64,000 nt of DNA from Alphaproteobacteria bacterium (GCA_965216755.1 CBDCGL010000011.1:608001-672000), one strand, 5' to 3'; counted from the stretch's first letter, positions 27,647 to 38,966 are shown. Notes: generated by a model from the letters alone, not told the origin. Numbers and translations are program-made.

Positions 27647-27696
27647 GGTTCTTGACTGGGCCTGAGGCCGCTTTGATCAACCTGTTGACCGGGACG

Positions 27697-28131
27697 TTAT
27701 GTCCGCGACCGTTTGTCCCATTTCGGCGGCGCAGTCACTGGATCCGCGTCGGACGCTTCAAATCCGTGCATGCGTAGCGCCCATTGCAGGCCGACCAAGG
27801 TGCCTTTGACACGAGGCAGGAACCACAGGCTCAATCCGATAGTCAACGGCAACCAAATCGCCATGTGCAGCCACGTTGGTGGCGAAAACGCGACTTCCAA
27901 CGACAGGGCCGCGGGCACGATGATATGGCCGATAATAAGAATCGTGAAATAGGGCGGTGCGTCGTCCGCTCGATGTTCGTGCAGCGCCAACGTACAAGAT
28001 GCGCACGTCGCGTTGACCTTGAGGTAGGCCGCAAACAACGTGCCCTGGCCACAGCGCGCGCATCTTTGTCGCCATCCATGGGACAGCGACCGCAACAACG
28101 GTCGCGGCGGCAAAGTTTCGTCCGGCGGCAT
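27697..28131 (-). CDS. DUF983-family protein
   Basis: RCARCGQG.LF..YLKV...C..C, ADDAPPYFTI, LPRVKG.LVGLQW. Confidence 0.92.
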   Translation of the reverse strand: MPPDETLPPRPLLRSLSHGWRQRCARCGQGTLFAAYLKVNATCASCTLALHEHRADDAPPYFTILIIGHIIVPAALSLEVAFSPPTWLHMAIWLPLTIGLSLWFLPRVKGTLVGLQWALRMHGFEASDADPVTAPPKWDKRSRT

Positions 28132-28257
28132 CTCGTCGTCACGCCGCTGCGGTGACACATCGTCGATCATCAGCAATACAATCCTCGCGCCGGACCTCCA
28201 TTCGCGATGGCACGCCCCGACAATGTGCGTTGTCATACCATCCGATCGGCAACGACT

Positions 28258-30501
28258 CTAGCGATGTTTGCGCCGTCGGCGACCCGACCGCTTCGGCTCA
28301 CGTCCTCGGATGTGTGGGGGGACGTCGTGGTCGACCAGCTCAAAGCGCAGTGCGCCGGTTACACTGTCGGCTTCAACCAACCGAACGCGCACACTGTCAC
28401 CCAAACCGTAAGTGTGCCCCGTTTCTGTACCAATAAGCCGGTGCCGGTCGGCGTCGTGGCGAAAGTACTCGCCCAAATGTCGCATGGGGATCAGACCTTC
28501 GGCGCCGGTTTGGTCGAGCGCGATGAACAGGCCAAACCGCGTCGCGCCGGAGACCCGAGCGTCGAAGGACGCACCAATTTTGTCCGTAAGAAAGCGGGCC
28601 GCGTAGTGGTCCAGGGCATCGCGCTCGGCGTTCACGGCGCGGCGCTCCGTCGCGGACACTTCTTGGCCGATGGAGTCCAGCATGGCCGCCGCGTCGTCCG
28701 ATAGACCGTCGACGCCGAGTTTGAGCTGGCGGATAAGGCTGCGATGCACGATCAGGTCGGCATAGCGGCGAATCGGCGATGTAAAATGGGCATAGCGGTG
28801 CAGATCTAGGCCGAAATGGCCAATATTGTGAGGGGCGTACTCGGCTTGGCTTTGAGCGCGCAGAACAACCGTCGCGACCAACTCGGCCTCCGGTTGGCCA
28901 GCCGATTTGCGGAGTATTTGATTGAAATGCGTTGCCGTCAGGTGGCGCGCGCGAGACAGTTTGTAGCCGAGTGAGCCTAGAAATTCCCGCAATGGTTCGA
29001 GTTTTGCGGCGGGCGGTTGATCGTGAATACGGTAGAGGCATGGAGCTAGCCGGGCCGTCAGCAGTTCAGCCACGGCGACGTTGGCGGCAATCATGAACTC
29101 CTCAATCACCCGGTGACTGGCATATCGTGGCCGTGCGTCGATAGATAGGATGTTACCCCCATCGTCGAGCCGCACGCGCCGTTCGGGCAGATCTAGATCC
29201 AGTGTGCCACGTCGCGCACGGGCCGCGGACAATGCCTCAAAAGCACCATAAAGTGGCGCGATTAGCCGTGCCGCATCGTCTGGCAAGGGCGCCTGGCCGT
29301 CATGCGCGGCCTGTACTGCGCGATATGTGAGCCGTGCTGTGGAACGCATGATGGCGCGCTCAAATCGACTGCGAAGCATGTTGCCATGGCGGTCAATCCA
29401 GATGTGTGCGGCGATACAGGCGCGATCTTGCCCGGGTCTCAGAGAGCACCAGTCATTGGACAGGGCCTCCGGCAGCATGGGCACGACACGATCGGGGAAA
29501 TAGACCGAGTTGCCCCGTTTTCGGGCCTCACGATCAATAGCGTCGCCGGCGCGGACGTAATAAGCAACGTCCGCTATGGCAACGACGATATGCCAGCCGT
29601 TGCGATTGTCCGCATCATCGTCCGGAGCCGCCCAAACTGCGTCGTCAAAATCGCGCGCGTCTTCGTCGTCGATCGTCACCAAGGCTAGGTCTCGCAGGTC
29701 GACCCGGTCCGCGGCCTCAGGAGCCGCAGCCTTTTCGGCCTGGGCGAGCACGTCGGCCGGGAAATCGTCCGGGATGCCATGGCTGTTAATCATCAGCCTG
29801 CTGATGGCGCCCGGTGACTCCATGTCGCCAAGTCGGTTGACGACCTTTGCTGTGGGGAGGCCAAGTTTGCGCGAGCGATCCGTTTCGACGATAACCAATT
29901 CGTTGTTGCGCGCGCCGGCCGTGTCGGCTTCAGCGATGGCGAATTCATGGCGTGCCCCGCGTTCGCTCGGTCGCACGCGTCCACCACCGCCAGCCAAACT
30001 TTGGAAAACGCCAACGACCCGCGACGGTTTGCCGCCGAGGCGGCGAATGACGCGCGCTTCAAGACGTTTGCCACCACGCTCACGGAGCCGCACCAACGCG
30101 CGGTCTCCGATGCCCACGGCTGTGCCGCGACGGCGACCGTCTGGCACAATCGTAATCGCCGGGGCGACGCCGTCTCCCTGCCATTTCAGCGGTCGGCCGA
30201 CTGGCTCACCGTCCAGATCGAGTTCGGTGATTTCCACCATCAGAACCGGGGGCAGCGACTCGGGCGTCGTCACGCGACGTTTGTGGCCGCGCGCCAAGAC
30301 ACCGTCGTTGATCAGTTCTTTGATAATGGCTTTCAGGGCTGCGCGTTGAGCCGCGTCCAGGTGGAAGGCCCGCGCAATGTCACGCTTGCTGACTTCCCCG
30401 TCCGCGGCGCTGACAAAGGCGACAAGTTGGTCCTTTGTGGGCAGCGCGGACCTGGCGTGTCCGCCGCGTTCACTGTCCTTGGATTTCTTCTTTTTTGCCA
30501 A
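28258..30501 (-). CDS. rnr: Ribonuclease R
   Basis: TIDDEDARDFDDA, RGNSVYFPDRVVPMLP, IEEFMIAAN, HFTSPIRRYADL, S1 domain. Confidence 0.97.
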   Translation of the reverse strand: MAKKKKSKDSERGGHARSALPTKDQLVAFVSAADGEVSKRDIARAFHLDAAQRAALKAIIKELINDGVLARGHKRRVTTPESLPPVLMVEITELDLDGEPVGRPLKWQGDGVAPAITIVPDGRRRGTAVGIGDRALVRLRERGGKRLEARVIRRLGGKPSRVVGVFQSLAGGGGRVRPSERGARHEFAIAEADTAGARNNELVIVETDRSRKLGLPTAKVVNRLGDMESPGAISRLMINSHGIPDDFPADVLAQAEKAAAPEAADRVDLRDLALVTIDDEDARDFDDAVWAAPDDDADNRNGWHIVVAIADVAYYVRAGDAIDREARKRGNSVYFPDRVVPMLPEALSNDWCSLRPGQDRACIAAHIWIDRHGNMLRSRFERAIMRSTARLTYRAVQAAHDGQAPLPDDAARLIAPLYGAFEALSAARARRGTLDLDLPERRVRLDDGGNILSIDARPRYASHRVIEEFMIAANVAVAELLTARLAPCLYRIHDQPPAAKLEPLREFLGSLGYKLSRARHLTATHFNQILRKSAGQPEAELVATVVLRAQSQAEYAPHNIGHFGLDLHRYAHFTSPIRRYADLIVHRSLIRQLKLGVDGLSDDAAAMLDSIGQEVSATERRAVNAERDALDHYAARFLTDKIGASFDARVSGATRFGLFIALDQTGAEGLIPMRHLGEYFRHDADRHRLIGTETGHTYGLGDSVRVRLVEADSVTGALRFELVDHDVPPHIRGREPKRSGRRRRKHR

Positions 30502-30531
30502 CGGATGGCTGATGCGTTGGCCAGGTGTCGA

Positions 30532-33213
30532 CTAAGCGTTCTCGACGGCGTCTTCGGACTTGCGCGCCGATTTGGTGCGTTTGCTCGTGCTCTTCTTGGT
30601 CGTGGTCTTGGCTTTGGGCTTGGTCGTCGCCTTGGCTTTTGTACCCGATTTGGCCTTAGATTTCGGTTTCGCGGTCGCACCGCCTCTTGATTTGCTGCCG
30701 GCCTTCTTCTTTTCAGCCTTTTCCGCCAAAAGCTGCAATGCCGTATCGAGTGTAACTTGCTCGGGTTGCATATCTTTCGGAACAGTCGCGAAGATGCGCT
30801 TGTACTTTATGTACGGGCCGTAGCGACCGGAAAAGACGGCGAGTTCGGTTTCGTCATCGGGATGCTTGCCAATGACATGCAGGGGCTTGGCGCCACCACG
30901 GCCACGATCTGGCTGGGCCAACAGGTCGACGGCGCGATTGATACCGATGGTCAGCACGTCGTCGCCGCTGGGGATCGATTTGAACTTGCCATCGTGACGC
31001 AAATACGGTCCGAAACGTCCTAAACCCGCAACAATTTTCTTGCCGCTTTCAGGATGCATCCCAACATCTCGCGGTAGGCTGAGCAGCCCTAACGCAATTT
31101 GCAGATCAACGGTCTCCGGCGCTGTCGTTTTTGGGACAGAAGTTCTCTTGGGCTTGCTGCCATTGTCGGCTTCGCCCGCTTGCACATACCAACCGTAGGG
31201 CCCCTTGCGCAGCGAAATCTCCAAGCCGTCTTCGTTTTGACCCAGCACTTTCGGGCCATCGATCCCAGCACTGTCGCCGTTCTCGTCGCCGACCACCTCC
31301 AGCTGGCGCGTATAGCGGCAGTCTGGGTAATTCGAACAACCGATGAAAGCGCCAAATTTGCCCAACTTCAGGCTCAATCGGCCATCGGCGCAGGATCGGC
31401 AGGCACGGCGGTCGAAACCGGACTCGTCGGCGGGGAAAATGTGGGGGCCCAGCACTTCGTCAAGTTTGTCCAGCACTTCGGCGACGCGCAGATGGCTGAT
31501 GTCGCCAACCGCCATCTCGAACGCATTCCAAAACTCACGCAGCACGGTCTTCCATTCGATTTGGCCGTTGGAAATGCGGTCGAGTTGATCTTCAAGATCG
31601 GCGGTGAAGTCATACGCGACGTACTGCTCGAAAAAGCTTTCGAGGAACGCGGTCACCAGGCGGCCACGGCTCTCGGGCGTGAACCGCTTCTTTTCCAACG
31701 CCACGTAGCCGCGGTCTTGTAGCACCGATATGATGCTTGCATATGTTGATGGACGCCCGATCCCCAGCTCTTCCAACCGTTTGACCAATGTGGCCTCGGT
31801 AAAGCGTGGCGGCGGTTCCGTGAAGTGTTGGTCTTTTCGCGTCGCGACTCGTTCCATGGTGTCGCGCTCCGAGACCTGGGGCAAGCGTCTTTCGGCGTCC
31901 GGATCGCCGTCGCCAACATCGTCGCGGCCCTCGCTATAGACCCGGATGAAGCCGTCAAACGCAATGACGGAACCAGTTGCGCGCAACACCGCTTGCCCGT
32001 CCGGACAGTCAAAATCGACGGCCACTTGGTCGACCTTCGCACTCGCCATTTGGCAAGCGATGGTGCGTTTCCAGATCAATTCGTACAAGCGCAAGCCATC
32101 ATTATCGAGGTGACCGGCCACGGCCTTGGGCGTCCGCGACGGCACCGTCGGACGAATGGCTTCGTGGGCCTCCTGGGCGTTGCGCGACTTGGTCTTGTAG
32201 AAGCGCGGCTTTTCGGGCACGTAGTCAGCGCCATAGGTCTCGCCGATCAAGTTCCGGCAGGCTTCCAACGCGTCATTTGCCAATGTGACACTGTCGGTAC
32301 GCATATAAGTGATCAGGCCGACCGTTTCGCCGCCGATATCGACACCCTCATAGAGCTTCTGCGCGATCCGCATGGTCTGTTTCGCGCTCATGCCCAATTT
32401 GCGTGAAGCTTCCTGTTGCAGGGTCGAGGTGGTGAATGGCGGTGCCGGATTTCGCCGTACCTGTTTGCGCTCGACCTTGGCCACCGAGAACGTGCGCGCC
32501 TCGATCATATCAACGGCGGCTTTAGCGTCGGCCTCGTTGCCGAGCGCGAACTTGTCGAGCTTTTGACCGTCAAGGTGCGTCAGACGGGCGGTCAACAACT
32601 GTCCCGCCGGCGTTCGCAGGTCGGCGTCGACCGTCCAATATTCGCGCGCCTTGAACGCTTCGATTTCTTTCTCGCGCTCACAGACCAAGCGTAGCGCGAC
32701 AGACTGCACGCGTCCGGCCGACCGCGATCCCGGCACTTTCCGCCAAAGGACCGGTGAAAGCGTGAACCCCACCAGATAATCGAGCGCGCGCCGGGCCTGC
32801 TGCGCGTTGACCAGGTTCATGTCGATTTGACGCGGGTGTTCAACTGCGTCTCTTACAGCGCCGCGTGTAATCTCATGAAACACCACGCGGTCGACAGGCA
32901 TCTTGCGCGAAATCACATCGCCATTGAGGTGATTTAGCACATGCCACGATATGGCCTCGCCTTCGCGGTCCGGGTCAGTCGCGAGGATCAATCGTTCGGC
33001 CGTCTTGGCCGCCTTCGCGATGGCCGCTAAATGCTTTTCGGACTTGGTATCGACAACATAGTCCATCGCGAAGTCTTCATCAGGGCGTACGGAGCCGTCC
33101 TTGGAGGGCAGGTCGCAAACATGCCCGTAGGTGGCCAAAACCTTGTAGTCCGGCCCCAGGATCTTTTCGATAGTTTTCGCCTTTGCCGGCGATTCAACGA
33201 CGACGATTTTCAT
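30532..33213 (-). CDS. topA: DNA topoisomerase I
   Basis: VVESPAKAKTI, LATDPDREGEAI, SAGRVQS, ITYMRTD, AQEAHEAIRP, Zn-ribbon, Lys-rich tail. Confidence 0.98.
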   Translation of the reverse strand: MKIVVVESPAKAKTIEKILGPDYKVLATYGHVCDLPSKDGSVRPDEDFAMDYVVDTKSEKHLAAIAKAAKTAERLILATDPDREGEAISWHVLNHLNGDVISRKMPVDRVVFHEITRGAVRDAVEHPRQIDMNLVNAQQARRALDYLVGFTLSPVLWRKVPGSRSAGRVQSVALRLVCEREKEIEAFKAREYWTVDADLRTPAGQLLTARLTHLDGQKLDKFALGNEADAKAAVDMIEARTFSVAKVERKQVRRNPAPPFTTSTLQQEASRKLGMSAKQTMRIAQKLYEGVDIGGETVGLITYMRTDSVTLANDALEACRNLIGETYGADYVPEKPRFYKTKSRNAQEAHEAIRPTVPSRTPKAVAGHLDNDGLRLYELIWKRTIACQMASAKVDQVAVDFDCPDGQAVLRATGSVIAFDGFIRVYSEGRDDVGDGDPDAERRLPQVSERDTMERVATRKDQHFTEPPPRFTEATLVKRLEELGIGRPSTYASIISVLQDRGYVALEKKRFTPESRGRLVTAFLESFFEQYVAYDFTADLEDQLDRISNGQIEWKTVLREFWNAFEMAVGDISHLRVAEVLDKLDEVLGPHIFPADESGFDRRACRSCADGRLSLKLGKFGAFIGCSNYPDCRYTRQLEVVGDENGDSAGIDGPKVLGQNEDGLEISLRKGPYGWYVQAGEADNGSKPKRTSVPKTTAPETVDLQIALGLLSLPRDVGMHPESGKKIVAGLGRFGPYLRHDGKFKSIPSGDDVLTIGINRAVDLLAQPDRGRGGAKPLHVIGKHPDDETELAVFSGRYGPYIKYKRIFATVPKDMQPEQVTLDTALQLLAEKAEKKKAGSKSRGGATAKPKSKAKSGTKAKATTKPKAKTTTKKSTSKRTKSARKSEDAVENA

Positions 33214-33268
33214 GGAAGCTCTTCGAGTAGTTACCGCGAGGCAGAGTCAAAGAAGTTTCTTAACCATT

Positions 33269-34411
33269 TCATAATGAAAGAGAAATGTTTCCGCCCTCCA
33301 GCCGCGATAGTCGACCCGCAAGCTCAAGTTCGAGCAGGACGGGCCATAGCTCGGCGGGAGTTACTTGGCATTGGCGGACCAATTCGTCAACCGAGACTGG
33401 GCTAGGACCAAGCAGATCAATAACCTGGCGTCGGACATTATCCGTCACGTCAGACGGATCGCATATCTCTCGAACAAACGGTCCATTGCCGCAACTTTGG
33501 CCCTGTATTTCAGGCATTTTCATGGGAAATTGTAGGTTATCGATAATGTCCTGAGCCGATTCGGTAAGGATCGCTCCTTCGCGAATCAGGCGGTTGGTCC
33601 CGCGATGACGCGGATCGGTTGGTGTTCCCGGGACTGCAAACACCTCTCGTCCTTGGTCGGCGGCGAAGCGCGCCGTGATCAGCGAGCCCGAGCGACTTGT
33701 CGCTTCGACGACCACAACTCCAAGCGACAAACCGGAGATCAGTCGATTGCGCCGCGGAAAATGCCGCGCTTGTGGGACAGTGCCCAGTGGCTGCTCGGAA
33801 ACGATCGCGCCTTGCTCCCGAATCAGCTCGTAGAGGGTTTCGTTTTCGGGCGGATAGATATTGTTGGCGCCGCCGGCGACGACGGCCACCGTGCCTGTTG
33901 CCAAAGCACCTTGATGCGTATGGGTATCGATGCCTCGGGCCAGCCCTGACACGACGACAAGTTGGGCACTGCCCAGCTCTTTGGCCAAATCATGAGCAAA
34001 GCGTCGTCCAGCAGCTGAAGCGTTGCGTGCGCCGACCATGGCAATGGTCGGGCGGGTGAGCAACGACGGCTCGCCGAGCGCTGTAATCAAGGGCGGCGCG
34101 TCTGCTATTGCCGCCAGGCGCGGTGGGTAGCCGGGGTCATCCTTCAGTAACATTCGTCCGCCGACACGCTCTACTGCGTCCATTTCTGCCAAGGCGCGGT
34201 CTTCGTCCGCCAATTTGATCGCCCGGCGGCGACCACCACGGCGCGCAAGTTCAGGCACGGCGGCCAACGCGTGGCGCGCCGACCCATAAATCGATAAGAG
34301 GTCGCCAAATGTTATCGGACCAACATTTTCACTGCGCGCCAGCCGGAGCCACGCGACGCGTTCCGCCCAGTCGAAGGTGGCAACGTCGGACGTGCGCTGG
34401 TGCTGCGGCAT
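33269..34411 (-). CDS. dprA: DNA-protecting protein DprA/Smf
   Basis: VGARNAS, VSGLARGID, HFPRRNRLISG, SGSLITA, C-terminal winged helix. Confidence 0.96.
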   Translation of the reverse strand: MPQHQRTSDVATFDWAERVAWLRLARSENVGPITFGDLLSIYGSARHALAAVPELARRGGRRRAIKLADEDRALAEMDAVERVGGRMLLKDDPGYPPRLAAIADAPPLITALGEPSLLTRPTIAMVGARNASAAGRRFAHDLAKELGSAQLVVVSGLARGIDTHTHQGALATGTVAVVAGGANNIYPPENETLYELIREQGAIVSEQPLGTVPQARHFPRRNRLISGLSLGVVVVEATSRSGSLITARFAADQGREVFAVPGTPTDPRHRGTNRLIREGAILTESAQDIIDNLQFPMKMPEIQGQSCGNGPFVREICDPSDVTDNVRRQVIDLLGPSPVSVDELVRQCQVTPAELWPVLLELELAGRLSRLEGGNISLSL

Positions 34412-34491
34412 AGCCTTAGACTCATGGACCGGACCAACGCGGTCAAGGTCGTATCGCGGCCATCGGCACGATAGTGGAGAAGTGTATCCTA

Positions 34492-35919
34492 TTAGCCGGC
34501 CGGCAAAGATATCGCGCCCGGAGCGCCTGGAGCGTCCGTTGGTGTGCCAATTGCATCACCGACAAACACTTCGTAGCCCGCGGCCGCCATATCCGCCAAT
34601 TGGTCCGGGCTATCCACGGATCGCAGTCCGCACTTCATGCCGCGCAACGCGGCGCGAATGGCAAACTTCGCAAGCAGACCGTTCGACGCACCGGTGTTTG
34701 CCGTGGTGAGAAGATATCCGGCGCCCGAACATTCAAGCCCTTCAATGCGGTCCAAACTGCACGGCACGCGCAACCGGGAATCTTTGGAGTGCCGGCGAAT
34801 GAACGACAAAACCTTTGGCAACTTTGTCTGATTGAATCCGTACAATGGGCAAATCAGTTCGATCAATTTGAGATCGGTCGGGATGATTTCTGAGCCTTCG
34901 AGGATTTGCGAAAGGTATTCGCGGGCAGATGCTTTCATCAGCACGCCAAAATGGAGTGCCAAAACCAGCGGCTTTATTTCATCTGCCGCCAGGGTCATCG
35001 CGTAGCATTCCATGGTTCGTAGCGTGATTAACGAATCGTAGGTCGATGCCAACACGCCACTGTCGTCGGCCAGGAACGCCGCTTCGCCAAACAGCGCTGA
35101 CAGGTTCGATGATGGCTTTGCGAGGACCGATTGCGCGTCCATAACAGCGTGCGTTCGGGCCGACCAAACGGGCCGAAAGCCAACCGTCACGTCCATGATG
35201 ATCGTCGCCGCTTTTTCGCGAACTTCTCTGCTAGCGCGGTTGTCGGGCGGCCCGATAAATGGAATGCGGCCCCCGCCAATCATCGGTTGGTCCGCCGCGT
35301 CGGGAGGTGCCATCGGCGCGCTTGTGTGGTTGCTCTCAGCGGCTACGGACGGTTCTGATCCGATTTCGACCCGGATCGGGGCGCCTTCCGTTGTGATAGC
35401 CTTGGTGTTAGAGGCGTTGCCGCGAGCGACCGTCAGCCGGGTCACATCGACGATGATGTCCACGTCGTAGTTGGACGGCGATACAGCGCGCAGCGCGTCG
35501 GAGAGTTCCCGGCCGATCTGTCGCGATCGTTCGATCGCCGTATCCTGGCAATCGGCGCGGTAGCAGATCGTGTAGTCGAACGCGCCCCCAACACTATAGG
35601 TTTCTCTCTCCGCCAGGTGCGCCGCGACGGCCTTGCGACCCAAATTAGACATGAGATCCATGACCTCGTGCCAATGGTCCGACAACGCCTCTGTCACGCG
35701 GTCGATATCGACCATTTTGGTTCGTGCCTTGAAAACCGTGCCGTTTTGGTCGGCAGCGGCGACGATCTGGGTGTTTTCGATGTCTCTTGTTGCGGTTCCG
35801 TTGACTGAAGCGTTGGCAGTTTGATCGGAGCGATTGCCTGAGCTTTTGTCTGCGGGCGGCACGGATTCCGAGTCATAAAAGAACTCGGCGACGCGCGATG
35901 TGATCCTGTGAGACGGCAA
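34492..35919 (-). CDS. Hypothetical protein with degenerate GGDEF-like and EAL-like domains
   Basis: 475-aa ORF filling the plsY-dprA gap; VGFRPVW and LRSVDS..QL......G...F.G..IG resemble the start and end of an EAL domain; catalytic motifs absent; start uncertain. Confidence 0.6.
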   Translation of the reverse strand: MPSHRITSRVAEFFYDSESVPPADKSSGNRSDQTANASVNGTATRDIENTQIVAAADQNGTVFKARTKMVDIDRVTEALSDHWHEVMDLMSNLGRKAVAAHLAERETYSVGGAFDYTICYRADCQDTAIERSRQIGRELSDALRAVSPSNYDVDIIVDVTRLTVARGNASNTKAITTEGAPIRVEIGSEPSVAAESNHTSAPMAPPDAADQPMIGGGRIPFIGPPDNRASREVREKAATIIMDVTVGFRPVWSARTHAVMDAQSVLAKPSSNLSALFGEAAFLADDSGVLASTYDSLITLRTMECYAMTLAADEIKPLVLALHFGVLMKASAREYLSQILEGSEIIPTDLKLIELICPLYGFNQTKLPKVLSFIRRHSKDSRLRVPCSLDRIEGLECSGAGYLLTTANTGASNGLLAKFAIRAALRGMKCGLRSVDSPDQLADMAAAGYEVFVGDAIGTPTDAPGAPGAISLPAG

Positions 35920-35992
35920 GAAATCCTCCGGTCAAATTGTCTAGGTCATCTGGCGGCGTGACGGAGGGTTGGGAACCACGGATTGTGGGCGC

Positions 35993-36664
35993 CTAGGACC
36001 GAATCGACTTCGACCCGTTACCGATTCGAGGTTCCGTGCCGACTATAAGACGTTTCACGTTCCCGATATGTTTCAAAAGAACCAAAACTGCTATGAGACC
36101 AAGAACTTCAACAAACTGAGGTAGGCCGGGCAGCCAATAAGGCAGATAGCTTTTGCCTTGACCATAGAGAATGAGGACCAAGTAGACCGGTGCGAGCGGG
36201 ATGGCGACGAGTGCGCCAACAGACGAAATTCGCGTCGTGACCACCAATGCGAGCCATGTAAGACAGGCAGCAATGGCCACCGGCCAAGACAGAGCGAACA
36301 TGACCCCAAGGCTTGTGGCCACGCCCTTGCCGCCACGAAATCTAAGCCAGATCGGCGCCATGTGGCCGACGACCACGCCGACCGCGGCGATTGCCTTGAA
36401 ATCGGGCCCGTAATAGCCGGCTGCCAGTACCGCGAGGGCGCCTTTGGCGCCATCCAGCAACAGGGTCGCGCCGGCCAAGCCGCGCCGACCAGTGCGCATG
36501 ACATTCGTGGCGCCAATGTTACCGGACCCGACGTGGCGGATATCTCCAAGACCGGCCCACTTCGTGAGCAGCAGCCCGAAAGGCACGGAGCCGACCAAAT
36601 AGGCTGCAAATCCTGTTGCATACCATGGCCAGGTGTAGCCGATGCCGCCCAGCAGGTCGGGCAC
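35993..36664 (-). CDS. plsY: Glycerol-3-phosphate acyltransferase PlsY
   Basis: YLVGSVPFG, GSGNIGATNV.R, FRGGKGVAT, KH..N..RL..G.E. Confidence 0.96.
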   Translation of the reverse strand: MPDLLGGIGYTWPWYATGFAAYLVGSVPFGLLLTKWAGLGDIRHVGSGNIGATNVMRTGRRGLAGATLLLDGAKGALAVLAAGYYGPDFKAIAAVGVVVGHMAPIWLRFRGGKGVATSLGVMFALSWPVAIAACLTWLALVVTTRISSVGALVAIPLAPVYLVLILYGQGKSYLPYWLPGLPQFVEVLGLIAVLVLLKHIGNVKRLIVGTEPRIGNGSKSIRS

Positions 36665-37998
36665 TAGTCCGAACCCTCTGTCTGTGAGAGCATATGCACG
36701 GTTCGCCCGGCAACCACGGTGCGTACCACTTTGCCTTGCACAGGCCGACCGTCATAGGGCGCATTGCGGGATTTGCTGTGCAGCGCCGCCGCATCTATGC
36801 GCCATGGTCGATCCAAATCGACGAGCGCCAAATCGGCGGACCGACCGGGTCGGAGGGCACCGGCGTCGAGACCGAGCAGTTGGGCCGGGCGCGCAGTCAG
36901 CTTGTCCAACAGCGGCAGCAACTCGATATGACCGCCATGGTAGAGTTCCAGGGCCAATGGCAACATGGTTTCCAGTCCAATGATGCCGTTCTCGGCATGC
37001 GCGAATGGAAGGCGCTTGGAATCCTGGTCGTGGGGCGCGTGATCGCTGGAAATCACATCGATTGTACCGTCGGCCAATCGGCTGACCACGGCCTGGCGAT
37101 CGGGTTCCGCGCGCAGTGGTGGCGATACTTTGGCGAACGTCCGGTAGTCCTCCACCGCGTTCTCGTTCAAAGCAAAATAGTGGGGTGCCGTCCCGCACGT
37201 CACATTGAGACCCGACGTCTTGGCGCGCGCGACGATGTCATAGGTATCCGCGATCGAACCATGGGCAACATGGTAGCGGCCACCATAGCGCCCCAATAGG
37301 CGCACATCACGTTCAACCACCAGCGCCTCGGCTATGGGCGGAATGCCTATCAACCCCAGGCGCGTGGCGAGTTCGCCCTCATTCATTTCGCCGCCCTCGG
37401 TCAGGGACGGCTCTTCGGTATGCTGCATGATCAAGGCGTTAAACGCCTTCCCATAAGCAAGCGCGCGGCTCATCACCAAAGAATCGGCGAGCGTACGATG
37501 GGCGTCGCTGAAGGCCAGGGCGCCAGCTTCCTGCAGAAGTCCTATCTCCGTGAGCTGTTCGCCCTTGAGCCCCCGTGTCAACGCGGCAGCCGCATAAATG
37601 CGCACCAAGCTGGTTTCACGCGCGCGGCGGGCAATGAACTCGATCAGCGCCGGGTGATCGATGACCGGGTCCGTGTTGGGCATGCAGAGCACACTCGTGA
37701 CGCCGCCGGCTGCGGCAGCGCGGCCCGCCGACTCCAATGTCTCCTTGTGCTCTTCGCCCGGTTCGCGCAGGTGCGCGCGCATGTCGACCAGGCCCGGCAT
37801 CAGGCACAATCCATCACACGCGACGTGTTCGGCACCGTCCGGCAATCCATCGCGAAAAAGGTGGGAGCCGAGATCGGCAATTTGGCCGTTTTCGACCAAC
37901 AGCCCGCCGACGGTGTCGAGGCGCGATTCGGGATCCAGTAGCCGCGCGTTGGTATAGGCTGTGCGGCCCCGATGCGGCGGTGGCTTGCTCGCAATCAT
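36664..37998 (-). CDS. pyrC: Dihydroorotase or dihydroorotase-like ATCase partner
   Basis: [37 protein letters not shown]; ATGA-coupled to pyrB. Confidence 0.9.
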   Translation of the reverse strand: MIASKPPPHRGRTAYTNARLLDPESRLDTVGGLLVENGQIADLGSHLFRDGLPDGAEHVACDGLCLMPGLVDMRAHLREPGEEHKETLESAGRAAAAGGVTSVLCMPNTDPVIDHPALIEFIARRARETSLVRIYAAAALTRGLKGEQLTEIGLLQEAGALAFSDAHRTLADSLVMSRALAYGKAFNALIMQHTEEPSLTEGGEMNEGELATRLGLIGIPPIAEALVVERDVRLLGRYGGRYHVAHGSIADTYDIVARAKTSGLNVTCGTAPHYFALNENAVEDYRTFAKVSPPLRAEPDRQAVVSRLADGTIDVISSDHAPHDQDSKRLPFAHAENGIIGLETMLPLALELYHGGHIELLPLLDKLTARPAQLLGLDAGALRPGRSADLALVDLDRPWRIDAAALHSKSRNAPYDGRPVQGKVVRTVVAGRTVHMLSQTEGSD

Positions 37999-38966
37999 GC
38001 CGCGCTCGCCGATGCACACTTTCCGAGCTGGCGTGACAGCACCGCCAAACAGGCCATGCGCACGGCGACGCCTAACTCGACTTGGTCCAAGATCACGCTG
38101 CGTGTGATGTCGTCGGCCAGGCCACTGTCGATCTCGATACCGCGATTGATTGGTCCTGGGTGCATGATCAAGGCATCCGGCTTGGCAAGAGTCAGTTTTT
38201 CCGAGTCGAGACCGAAGAACCGAAAATATTCGCGGGTCGAGGGGACAAATGTGCCGCGCATGCGTTCCGTCTGTAAACGGAGCATCATCACAATGTCGCA
38301 GTCGCGAACACCTTCACGAATATCGTGAAAAACCGAAACACCGAGTCTTTCCACGGCGGGCGGCAAGAGTGTCGGCGGCGCCACCAGCCTGATCCGCGCA
38401 CCCATCGTGTTCAACAGCAGGATATTCGAACGCGCGACACGACTGTGCAGTATGTCGCCACATATGGCGACGGTCAGGCCCTGCAAGGCGCCACGCCGCC
38501 GCCGAATCGTCAGCGCATCTAATAGGGCCTGGGTGGGGTGTTCATGGGAACCGTCTCCGGCATTGATCACAGCCACATTGACCTTTTCGGATAGCAACTT
38601 GACGGCGCCCGACTCGGGGTGGCGAACGACCAGCACATCCGGATGCATCGCGTTCAGGGTCATCGCGGTATCGAGCAGCGTTTCGCCCTTCTTGATCGAA
38701 CTCGAACCGACAGACATGTTAATGACATCGGCGCCGAGCCGCTTGCCCGCCAGTTCGAAGGATGTGCGCGTGCGGGTCGAATCCTCAAAAAACAGGTTGA
38801 TCAGCGTCCGGCCGTTGAGCAGACGCTGCTTTTTTTCCAGTTGCCGATTGAGGTCGACGTATGAATCTGAGAGGTCCAGCAGATCCGCAATGTGCTGCTG
38901 AGACAAACCTTCGATTCCCAACAGATGTCGGTGCGGAAACGAAGTATCGCGCGGAGGCATGGTCAT
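37995..38966 (-). CDS. pyrB: Aspartate carbamoyltransferase catalytic subunit
   Basis: [37 protein letters not shown]. Confidence 0.97.
   Translation of the reverse strand: MTMPPRDTSFPHRHLLGIEGLSQQHIADLLDLSDSYVDLNRQLEKKQRLLNGRTLINLFFEDSTRTRTSFELAGKRLGADVINMSVGSSSIKKGETLLDTAMTLNAMHPDVLVVRHPESGAVKLLSEKVNVAVINAGDGSHEHPTQALLDALTIRRRRGALQGLTVAICGDILHSRVARSNILLLNTMGARIRLVAPPTLLPPAVERLGVSVFHDIREGVRDCDIVMMLRLQTERMRGTFVPSTREYFRFFGLDSEKLTLAKPDALIMHPGPINRGIEIDSGLADDITRSVILDQVELGVAVRMACLAVLSRQLGKCASASAA

Noticed and set aside
30532-30730. Lys/Ala/Thr-rich low-complexity tail of TopA
   Set aside because: Known feature of this TopA class, not a separate repeat or gene
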